Shown here: one piece after another, positions 1-7,288 of the stretch
Position numbering within the stretch: the stretch's first letter is position 1
Layout: every line of letters starts with the position of its first letter
Assembly (NCBI GenBank): GCA_031367385.1
Contig: JANLPS010000031.1
Coordinates: 1 to 11,421, forward strand
DNA: 11,421 nucleotides
Direction: 5' to 3'
Origin: Archangium sp.
GTDB taxonomy: Bacteria > Myxococcota > Myxococcia > Myxococcales > Myxococcaceae
Position numbers and translations under genes: made by a program
The notes under the pieces: model-generated
What the model was told of the DNA's origin: nothing
Databases searched by the model: none
The model's input: the letters and a program-made list of their open reading frames with translations, nothing else

Positions 1-450
1 GCCGGCCCCTTTCGCGCCTCGGGTGGTGCCTTCATCAGCCTCAAGCGCGGCGAGAAGTTTCGCCTCTCGCTCTTCGCCAACCGCAACGGCGCCGCCATCG
101 AATACATCTGGACGGTCGCTGCTCGCCCGGTCGGCTCGAAGGCCGCCATCGAGAACCCGACTGGCAACGTGACCCTCTCGCGCCACTGGCAGTACGCCTA
201 CCAAGACGGCAACGTGCCCAGCTTCACCGCTGACGTCGACGGTGAGTACCAGTTGCAGCTGCAGGCCACCTTGCCCATCGCCGACCGCGCGTACCCTGAC
301 CAACGCACCTCGGTCAGCTCGCTCAAGATGACGGCGACCCCTGATGGCAAGAACGGCACCCAGGCTTGCTCCGTCACCCCGATGGACGCCGGTCTCGCGG
401 CCATGGGCCTGGCGATGCTCGGTCTGCTCCGCCGCCGCCGCCAGAGCTGA
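1..450 (+). CDS. mtsC: 3' part of a MYXO-CTERM-anchored surface protein (MtsC-like), with a PKD/Ig-like domain before the anchor; 5'-truncated by the window
   Basis: Frame +1 is open from base 1 (AGPFRASGGAFISLKRGEKFRLSLFANRNGAAIEYIWTVAARPVGS...) to TGA at 448-450, so the 169 start in the ORF track is artificial. 'YIWTVAARPVGS...PSFTADVDGEYQLQL' is PKD/Ig-like. The C-terminus ACSVTPMDAGLAAMGLAMLGLLRRRR (Cys at 367-369, hydrophobic helix, Arg cluster) is a MYXO-CTERM sorting signal. The symbol is inferred from its position before two VWA/TSP3 genes. Confidence 0.8.
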   Translation, partial: AGPFRASGGAFISLKRGEKFRLSLFANRNGAAIEYIWTVAARPVGSKAAIENPTGNVTLSRHWQYAYQDGNVPSFTADVDGEYQLQLQATLPIADRAYPDQRTSVSSLKMTATPDGKNGTQACSVTPMDAGLAAMGLAMLGLLRRRRQS

Positions 451-487
451 TGTGAGGGGAGCTGCTACCCACCACGTCTAACAATTC

Positions 488-529
488 ACCCCTCGTCGGC
501 ACTTTCGCTGACGAGGGGTTTGTTTTTTT
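488..529 (+). terminator. Rho-independent terminator
   Basis: 13-bp stem ACCCCTCGTCGGC (488-500) / GCTGACGAGGGGT (507-519) with one G-U pair and a 6-nt loop ACTTTC, followed by TTGTTTTTTT (520-529). It begins 37 nt after the upstream stop codon. Confidence 0.92.
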
Positions 530-593
530 GAAGTACGCTTCGCTAACGCTGATGAGCATGCCCACAGTTGAGCGTGGCCGGGGCAGGCTCGAG

Positions 594-600
594 GCAGGAG
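594..600 (+). promoter_or_regulatory. Shine-Dalgarno site for the ATG at 607
   Basis: GCAGGAG ending 6 nt before ATG 607. Confidence 0.75.
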
Positions 601-606
601 ATCTCA

Positions 607-2643
607 ATGACGTCTCGGTACCAACTCCTCGTTCAACGCCTCGTGATGGCCCAGCTGGTGCTGGCGGTTGGCTGCTCCGATGTCTTCATCGAGCCGCGCA
701 CCGCTTCGCAGACCAACGTCGATGATCGCCTCGCGCTGACCGGCCGGGTGTGCACCGCGCCACCAGACCCGACCGGGTTTCCGGTGAAGGTGGTGTTCAT
801 CGTCGACCAGTCGGGCTCGATGTGCGTCTCTGACCCGCCGGGCTCGCAAGAGTCGTCGGGCTTCTGTGAAATGTATGCGGTGGTGCCGCCGGGCATTCGG
901 CAGCCGGCCCGAGTGCGCTCGCTGCTCCAGCTGATGGATCAATTTTCTACGCAGCCCAACGTGCAGGTCGCGATGGTGCCCTTCGAGACCAACGTCAAAG
1001 GCCCGTGGCCAGACCCGATGGGTGGCAAGCGCTTCGCGCGGCCCGACGCTTCACTGCGCGCGCGCGTCAACGGCCTGCAGGCGCAGCTGGGCAAAGGCAC
1101 CGACTACCAGGGCGCGCTGGCGTACGCCTACGGCGTCATCGCCGGGGACATCGCCGACGTGAGCTTGAACAGCCCCGAGCAGCTGCCCCGCACCCGCTAC
1201 GTCGTCGTCTTTCTCACCGACGGTACGCCTTTTCCCCGCTGTGCGGCGAACGACAACCTGACCCTCTACGCCGACGACTTGAACCCCGAGCTGACCTGGC
1301 CCGACGCGCAAGGCGCGGGCGACTACTGCAATAAAATCGACCCGACCGACCCCGACGCCATCACCGGCTGCCCCGGAGGCGGTACCGGGTGCGCCAACCC
1401 GTCGGCGCCGTTCATCGCGGGCACCGACCGAAACCAGAACTACCAATTGTTCAGCTACGTAAAGCAACTGATGGAGCTCAAGGCCCAGTACAACATCGGC
1501 GACATTCGCATGCACAGCGTGCTGCTCTTCAACCGCGAGGCGGTCGCCGCCTGTGGGCCTATCTGCCAAGACCTCTACGGCAAGTACGTGCGCTACCCCG
1601 GCCCGGTGCCCGTGGCCGATGGCCCGACGGCCGCGAAGAACATCGCTCGCTACCTGCTCAAAGAGTTTGCCCGCCGCGGCAACGGCGAGTTTCTCGAGTT
1701 CAACGACTTCGCTGGCGTCGGGCAGATCAACTTAGGTGCCCTCGACTACGCCTCGCTGTTCTCGCGCAACGTGATGAAGACGCTCATCGTTCAAGCGCTC
1801 TCGTCTGAGCCGGGCGACGTCAACCGGGTGTCTGACGCCGACGGCGACGGGCTGCCCGACGAAATCGACAACGACTTCACCCACAACACCAACAAGTTCG
1901 ACGCCGACACCGACGGTGACGGGTTCAGCGACAAGTTCGAGGTCGACCACTTCGATGACGGCTTTCGCGCTGACGCGAAAGACGGCCGCGGGTGTGACCC
2001 GGGCTCTCCGCTGACTCCGGGCTGCATGGTGCGCGACCCCGACGGCGATGGGCTGAGCCAGTACGCCGAGAAGTACATCAACAATTTCTTGTTCGACACC
2101 AACCTGGTCGACGCCGACGGCGACGGCATACCCAACGGCATGGAGGTTCGGTACGGCCTCGACCCGATGAAGCCCCAGGGCGCTGGCCTCGACACCGACG
2201 GTGACGGCGTGCCCGACTTGACCGAGTTCAGGTTGGGCAGCAACCCGGTCAAGCGCGACAAGCCCTACGCCGAGAAGAACGCGTATCAATACGAGCTCAA
2301 GGCCCAGACCCAGACCGACGGGCGCATCTGCTACGACTTCAGCGTGAGCAACCTTCAGCTGGTCACCACGCCGAACCGCGCGGGGCTGCGGCAGGGCTTC
2401 AACCTGTTCAAGCTCTGGTTCGGAGAAGCCCCCGAGACCGGCGTCGCCACCGACTACGGCACCTGGCGCACGGCCTGTGCGTGGGCGCAGTACGACCCGC
2501 CGACGGTGAGAGTGCCGGCCGGGCCGCAGGCGACTCCGTTGGTTGATGGCAACTTCATCAACCCCGCGCAGATGGTCGACTCGTCGCAATACGAGGCGAA
2601 GTGCGTCGGCGTGTCACCCTCGCGCGGTCAGACGGGCAAATGA
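607..2643 (+). CDS. mtsD: Lipoprotein with a VWA (MIDAS) domain and thrombospondin type 3-like Ca2+-binding repeats (MtsD-like cell-cohesion protein), 678 aa
   Basis: ATG 607 with an AGGAG SD. Signal peptide II MTSRYQLLVQRLVMAQLVLAVG-C. VWA motifs VVFIVDQSGS (DxSxS at 805-819), KGTDY and VVVFLTDG. Five repeats: DADGDGLPD, DTDGDGFSD, DPDGDGLSQ, DADGDGIPN, DTDGDGVPD. Symbol from architecture and gene order. Confidence 0.85.
   Translation: MTSRYQLLVQRLVMAQLVLAVGCSDVFIEPRTASQTNVDDRLALTGRVCTAPPDPTGFPVKVVFIVDQSGSMCVSDPPGSQESSGFCEMYAVVPPGIRQPARVRSLLQLMDQFSTQPNVQVAMVPFETNVKGPWPDPMGGKRFARPDASLRARVNGLQAQLGKGTDYQGALAYAYGVIAGDIADVSLNSPEQLPRTRYVVVFLTDGTPFPRCAANDNLTLYADDLNPELTWPDAQGAGDYCNKIDPTDPDAITGCPGGGTGCANPSAPFIAGTDRNQNYQLFSYVKQLMELKAQYNIGDIRMHSVLLFNREAVAACGPICQDLYGKYVRYPGPVPVADGPTAAKNIARYLLKEFARRGNGEFLEFNDFAGVGQINLGALDYASLFSRNVMKTLIVQALSSEPGDVNRVSDADGDGLPDEIDNDFTHNTNKFDADTDGDGFSDKFEVDHFDDGFRADAKDGRGCDPGSPLTPGCMVRDPDGDGLSQYAEKYINNFLFDTNLVDADGDGIPNGMEVRYGLDPMKPQGAGLDTDGDGVPDLTEFRLGSNPVKRDKPYAEKNAYQYELKAQTQTDGRICYDFSVSNLQLVTTPNRAGLRQGFNLFKLWFGEAPETGVATDYGTWRTACAWAQYDPPTVRVPAGPQATPLVDGNFINPAQMVDSSQYEAKCVGVSPSRGQTGK
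1834..2217 (+). repeat. Five DxDGDG (bacterial TSP3-like, Ca2+-binding) coding repeats in the mtsD-like gene
   Basis: Recurrent gacNNNgacggcgacgg-type units encoding D-[ATP]-D-G-D-G. Confidence 0.85.
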
Positions 2644-4445
2644 GCAGCCAGAAGAGATGGGGCGTCACCCTTGCAGCGGTCACGGTGTGCGCGGTGATTG
2701 CCGCCGCCTGCACCGACACGTACCTCTACGACGAGCGCCGCGAGACCAACCGCCCGAGCGACCGCACGGTCACCATCGAGGGCAGCTTCTGCACGCCGCC
2801 CACCAGTGAAGTGGTGCGCCCAATCAAGATCTTGATCGCGATGGACGCGTCGCAGTCGATGAAGGTGACCGACCCCGACGGCAGCCGCGCCGCGGCGACG
2901 GTGGCCCTGCTCGACTCGTTGCCCAACGAGAAAGAGGTCGAGTTCGCGGTGATGCTCTTCGCAGGCTCAACCACCGCGTTTCTCACCAAAGACAACCTGA
3001 ACCACTTCGAGAAGGTGCTCGACTACAGCACCACCGACAAGATTCTGCTGCGCCAGCGCATCTTGAACTTCGCCGCGCCGGGCAACACCGCCAACCGCGA
3101 CTCGACCGATTTCGTGAAGCCGCTCAGCGACATTTACGCGCTGATCAACCGCGACCTCGCCAACGGCCGCTTGAGCGCGGGTAACGAAGACGTGCGCGCG
3201 CGCTACTCGATCATCTTCTTGTCTGACGGTCACCCGACCAACATTCAAGACGACGAGCTTCTCTGCGGCGACGCGGTGCGCCGAATTCGCCAGCTCAAAG
3301 ATCTGGCCGACGACGTCACCCTCAACACTGTGCACGTGTTCTTGCCCCGCCAGCCGCTGGCGACCACCACCTGCGACATCGACGGTGGCAGCAGCGTGGT
3401 CGGCGGGAGCGGGTGCCGGCTGCCGATTCTGCCCCCCTCGGCCTGCCCGCTGCTGCTGATCAACACCGACGCCGAGCGCCTGAACAAGATGGCAACCCTG
3501 GGTGGCGGCGACTTTCGCGACTTTCGCAACAACGAGCCGATCAACTTCTTGAGCTTCAAGTTCGGCAACGTGCGGCGCACCTTCGGCTTCGACAAGCTGG
3601 TGGCGACGAACTTCTCTGCCGTGGCCGACAGCCCCGAAGACATCGCCGACACCGACAGCGATGGGCTCATCGACGCCGACGAGATCAAAGCGGGCACCTC
3701 GCCCTTCATGCTCGACACCGACGGAGACGGGTTCTCAGACGCTATCGAGGTCTACTACGGCAAGCGCGGCGCGAACTTCACCCCAAACCAGATCGCGTTG
3801 CCCGACGGTGGCGGCCTCGACCGCGGGTGTTCGCCCGAGCTGCGCGGCATCGACGGCGACTGCGACGGGCTGACCGATTGCGACGAGCAGATCGTCGGCA
3901 CCAGCGCCTTTCGAGCCGACTCAGACGACGACGGAGTGCCCGACTTCACCGAGTGGAAGCTCGGCACCCAGCCCGCCAGCAAAGACCTCGAGCAAGACCC
4001 CGACAACGACCGCTTGCTCAACTTCGACGAGCTGCAGCTGCACACCAACCCGGTCGAGGCCGACTCATCGAAGCTCTCGACGGTGGGCTACCGCTACTCG
4101 GTCATCAAGAACGGCGGGCTCAACGCCGAGGGCCAGCAGTGCTTCACGTTCAGAATCGACAACGTGTCGCTCGCCAACACGCTCCCCGACAGCCGCGACG
4201 CCGGCAACCCCGATGGCGGGCCCGACTTTGTACGACGAGGTGCGGGCTACAACGACATCTTGGTTTCGCTCTCGTCGGTGCCGGGTGACGACCCGACGGG
4301 CCACACGTTGGTCAAGACGTTTCGGTATGTCACTGCCCGCTTTCCGGTCGGGGGCATTCGCTCTCCAGTCGATGGAATCATTCGGGTCAACCCAGATGAT
4401 TTCGTGTCAGGGTGCGGTCAGTCTCAGGTCGTGCAGACGCCGTAA
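2640..4445 (+). CDS. mtsE: Lipoprotein with a VWA (MIDAS) domain and TSP3-like Ca2+-binding repeats (MtsE-like), paralog of the upstream gene, 601 aa
   Basis: ATG 2640 overlaps the upstream stop (ATGA, 2640-2643). Signal peptide II MSSQKRWGVTLAAVTVCAVIAAA-C. VWA motifs ILIAMDASQS (2844-2858), DSTDF and IIFLSDG. Five repeats: DTDSDGLID, DTDGDGFSD, DGDCDGLTD, DSDDDGVPD, DPDNDRLLN. Confidence 0.82.
   Translation: MSSQKRWGVTLAAVTVCAVIAAACTDTYLYDERRETNRPSDRTVTIEGSFCTPPTSEVVRPIKILIAMDASQSMKVTDPDGSRAAATVALLDSLPNEKEVEFAVMLFAGSTTAFLTKDNLNHFEKVLDYSTTDKILLRQRILNFAAPGNTANRDSTDFVKPLSDIYALINRDLANGRLSAGNEDVRARYSIIFLSDGHPTNIQDDELLCGDAVRRIRQLKDLADDVTLNTVHVFLPRQPLATTTCDIDGGSSVVGGSGCRLPILPPSACPLLLINTDAERLNKMATLGGGDFRDFRNNEPINFLSFKFGNVRRTFGFDKLVATNFSAVADSPEDIADTDSDGLIDADEIKAGTSPFMLDTDGDGFSDAIEVYYGKRGANFTPNQIALPDGGGLDRGCSPELRGIDGDCDGLTDCDEQIVGTSAFRADSDDDGVPDFTEWKLGTQPASKDLEQDPDNDRLLNFDELQLHTNPVEADSSKLSTVGYRYSVIKNGGLNAEGQQCFTFRIDNVSLANTLPDSRDAGNPDGGPDFVRRGAGYNDILVSLSSVPGDDPTGHTLVKTFRYVTARFPVGGIRSPVDGIIRVNPDDFVSGCGQSQVVQTP
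3648..4022 (+). repeat. Five DxDxD[GR] (TSP3-like) coding repeats in the mtsE-like gene
   Basis: Repeats are read directly in the translation, with the same number and a similar spacing pattern as in the upstream paralog. Confidence 0.8.
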
Positions 4446-4514
4446 CCGGCATTCTTTCAAGCAGTTGAAGATGCCGTCTGGGCCGATCAGCAGCTTTTGA
4501 AGGTACTCCACACC

Positions 4515-6755
4515 ATGAACTCATTTTTCAATCGTGCTCTGGCCGTCGCGGCGGTCTCCGTTGTTTTGTTTGCGTGCCCTGCACCGCCTTTGAAGTGCGA
4601 CCCCGAGGTCGACGACTGCGACGACGGGGGGGTGCCTCCAGACATCTGCAACTCGGCCGTAGAAGCCACGACCAACCCATTGTGCAAGGCGGTGGTGGGC
4701 GAGGGGTGCCCGGCCGCGCGCATGGGGCAAGACGCGGGCATCATCTACGGCGGCATCACCACGCTCCTCGATGGTGGCCGCGACACCGACTACTACTTCG
4801 CGCAGCTGCCCGACGGCCTGAACGCGCGCTGCCTGTTGCACGTGAGCGCGGGGTACTCGGTGCCGCAGACCGCGGTGAACCTCTCGGTGAACGTGCTCAA
4901 AGAAGACCAGACCCAGAGCATCATGGCGGGCATCGACCGGCACGGCGCGGCGGCTCCGAAGTTCGTCGACTTGATTACGCCCTTCACCCAATCAGGCGCG
5001 AAGATCTTCGTGCAGCTCGCCGACGAAGCGGCCACGGTGCAGAACAAGGTCGACAACCGCAACCAGTACTCGCTGCGAATCGAGGTGAGCGAGAACCCCG
5101 ACCCGAACGAGCCCAACGAGACCACCGCGACCGCGATACCGCTGACCGCTTCGGGCGATGGCGTCGAGGGCAAGAGCTTCGGCTACCTGGCCACCGCCGA
5201 TGACGTCGACACCTACAGCTTCGACGTCGCCTCTGGCGGCCGGCAAATCATCTACCTCGCCATCACCTCGCCCACCGCGAACCTGCAGCCTCCGGTGCCG
5301 TACAAGCTCTCGTATTCTTTGCTCGACCCCACGGGCGTTCAGATTTCAGAAGGCGTGATGGAGAACGAGTTTCTGCAGATCGACCTGCGCACCGCGCGCC
5401 TGTTGACCAAGCCTGGCACCTGCAAGCTCATCATCAAGGGCTACAAGCCTGACGGCTCGACCGCTTCGGTGTTGGGCGACTTGCGGCTGCGCTACGACGT
5501 CGATGTGCGGGTGATACCCGACCTCGACATGCGCGAGCCGAACGACGGAGTCGATACCGCGCAGACCATCAACTTAATCAACGGCCTGACCCAGATCAAA
5601 GGGCGCATCGCCTACGTCGCCGACGAAGAGTGGTTCAAGTTCGTGGTGCCCCCCAGCGGCACCGCGCGCACGCTCCGCTATGAGATCACGGTGGCGATGG
5701 GTGGCGGCCGGTTTCCTCCGCTGTCGGCGGTCGCGACCCGCCAGGCACGCCTGGTGACGCAGGTGAACACCGGCATGACGGCGCAAGATCGCAAGACCAA
5801 CTGCAAGAACGACCCGACGGTGTGCCCGCGAAGCTTCGCCGACATCAACTCGTCTGAAGGCCAGCTGGTGGGCGAGCTGTGCGGAGTGGCCGACCCGCCG
5901 CAGTGCCTGTGGGGCGAGCGCAACGAAGAGGCGCAAATCGGTGGTTTCAAAGACCTGCAGAACTTCGTGGGCGCGGTGCCGGTGCCGAACGCGGGCACCA
6001 CCTACTTCTTGTCGTTTCGCGACCAGGGCGCCCGGTTGGTCAAGTACGCCGACGACCGGGAGTGGACGATGAACATCGTGCTGGTCGATGACCCCGACGA
6101 GCAGTCACGCGCGGGTGGCCCGGCGGTGTACACGCTGGGCTCGAGCGCGCTCGATGCGCCGGGTGCCATCTCGTTCGGCTACGGCCTGGTGCTCGACCCG
6201 TTCAACCTGAATTCGGGGCAGGGCGTGCGCGGGCCCAACGACTACGACGCATACGAGACCGACAAAGACCTCTTTCAGTTCAACTACCCCGCCGGAGCGA
6301 TGGGCGACCAGCTCTGGGGCCTCCAGTGGATCATCAACAACAACACCGACGGCGGGCGGGCACCTGGAGACATCGCGCTCGAGGTGACCTTGTGCGGCAC
6401 GGCCAGCGGTGGCGACGGCGGCTTCTGTGGTGCGCAGAGCCGGTTCATCTACGGCGCGACGCTCGGGGCCATCACGCCCTGGTACCTGCCGACCCTCGAG
6501 GCGAACCGCCGCATCTTGTTCACCAAGATGGTGACTCCCGCGACGACGGTGTTCACCGCCACGCCCGAGAGCTGCACCTGCTTCGCGGGCTCGAAGGTGT
6601 CGCCGGCCGGCAAGTTCTACGTGAACGTGACCGGCGTGAACCGGGTGAGCAACGACCCGATTCAGTACACCCTGCGGCAGACCGTGGCGACGTACCCGAA
6701 CGGCAACCCCAACTGCCCGGTGACCGACGGAGGTTGTAAGTTTGCCGGCCAGTAA
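4515..6755 (+). CDS. mtsF: Cys-rich lipoprotein with repeated PPC-like (EPND-type) beta-sandwich domains (MtsF-like), 746 aa
   Basis: ATG 4515 with GAAGGT at 4499-4504 (TTG 4497 is the alternative). Signal peptide II MNSFFNRALAVAAVSVVLFA-C. Repeats DPNEPNETTATAIPL...GYLATADDVDTYSF (EPN at 5109) and DMREPNDGVDTAQTI...GRIAYVADEEWFKF (EPN at 5535), plus weaker RDTDYYF and TDKDLFQF units. Symbol from gene order. Confidence 0.75.
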   Translation: MNSFFNRALAVAAVSVVLFACPAPPLKCDPEVDDCDDGGVPPDICNSAVEATTNPLCKAVVGEGCPAARMGQDAGIIYGGITTLLDGGRDTDYYFAQLPDGLNARCLLHVSAGYSVPQTAVNLSVNVLKEDQTQSIMAGIDRHGAAAPKFVDLITPFTQSGAKIFVQLADEAATVQNKVDNRNQYSLRIEVSENPDPNEPNETTATAIPLTASGDGVEGKSFGYLATADDVDTYSFDVASGGRQIIYLAITSPTANLQPPVPYKLSYSLLDPTGVQISEGVMENEFLQIDLRTARLLTKPGTCKLIIKGYKPDGSTASVLGDLRLRYDVDVRVIPDLDMREPNDGVDTAQTINLINGLTQIKGRIAYVADEEWFKFVVPPSGTARTLRYEITVAMGGGRFPPLSAVATRQARLVTQVNTGMTAQDRKTNCKNDPTVCPRSFADINSSEGQLVGELCGVADPPQCLWGERNEEAQIGGFKDLQNFVGAVPVPNAGTTYFLSFRDQGARLVKYADDREWTMNIVLVDDPDEQSRAGGPAVYTLGSSALDAPGAISFGYGLVLDPFNLNSGQGVRGPNDYDAYETDKDLFQFNYPAGAMGDQLWGLQWIINNNTDGGRAPGDIALEVTLCGTASGGDGGFCGAQSRFIYGATLGAITPWYLPTLEANRRILFTKMVTPATTVFTATPESCTCFAGSKVSPAGKFYVNVTGVNRVSNDPIQYTLRQTVATYPNGNPNCPVTDGGCKFAGQ

Positions 6756-6756
6756 C

Positions 6757-7263
6757 TCAGTTCTCGGTGGTGCCCTTGAGGCGCAACGGCAGCACGTCGA
6801 TTTTGGCGGCGTAGGTGGTGCGGGCGTCAGATTCCCAGCTGATGAGGTGGTCGCCGATGCCCGAGAGGTCGGCCGAGCGCTTGATGTACCCCTTCTGCTC
6901 GTTCTCGCCCAAGAACTCGCGGCCGGTGATGGTCAACCGGGTGCGAGCGCGGCAGCCGTCTTCGTTGAAGTTGATCGAGGTCGCCGAGCCGGCGCCGGCG
7001 ATCTGGTCCAAAAAGAACGAGAGGGTCACGGTCGAGGGCTCGAAGACCTGAATCGAGACCGCGTTGGTACCGGGGAAACGGCCTTCGATGTAGCTGCGGT
7101 CACCGATGACGCAGCCCACCTGGGTATCGCAGACCGGCCATTGCCCGTTGCACGAGTCTTTCACCCGTGAGCCGAGAAATTGTTCACGGGCGCCTCCGCA
7201 CGAAATGATGGCGACGCTGGCCAGAATCACGACGAGAGACGAATGCGGCAGTACACTTTTCAT
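6757..7263 (-). CDS. Hypothetical lipoprotein, 168 aa
   Basis: Start re-assigned to ATG 7263 (MKSVLPHSSLVVILASVAIIS-C, lipobox); GTG 7266 is possible. The ORF-track start at 7557 would overlap the divergent gene by 269 bp. The mature part is beta-rich with four further Cys. Confidence 0.8.
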   Translation of the reverse strand: MKSVLPHSSLVVILASVAIISCGGAREQFLGSRVKDSCNGQWPVCDTQVGCVIGDRSYIEGRFPGTNAVSIQVFEPSTVTLSFFLDQIAGAGSATSINFNEDGCRARTRLTITGREFLGENEQKGYIKRSADLSGIGDHLISWESDARTTYAAKIDVLPLRLKGTTEN

Positions 7264-7288
7264 CACTGTGCTCACTTTGGAGATCGTC

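Noticed and set aside
568..606. Longer ORF-track starts for the main genes (568, 2601, 7106, 7557, 9568)
   Set aside because: Downstream ATGs (607, 2640, 7289, 7263, 9541) give proper signal peptides, SD sites or stop-start coupling and avoid large overlaps.
1732..2589. 285-aa minus-strand ORF and the other alternative-frame ORFs inside the mts-like genes (e.g. 3413-4288, 4574-5203)
   Set aside because: These are shadow ORFs typical of high-GC3 coding DNA: Arg/Val/Ala-rich, with no motifs, and fully overlapping well-supported genes.
1834..4022. Repeated gac-N3-gacggcgacgg nucleotide units as a possible CRISPR or DNA repeat array
   Set aside because: They are in-frame, degenerate at wobble positions and irregularly spaced, and are fully explained by DxDGDG protein repeats.
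4446..4514. Possible sigma-54 promoters (GG-N10-GC) here and in the 530-606 and 10380-10444 spacers
   Set aside because: The plus-strand candidates inspected (e.g. CGGCATTCTTTCAAGC, TGGCCGGCTTTAGG) have the wrong spacing or lack the -12 GC.
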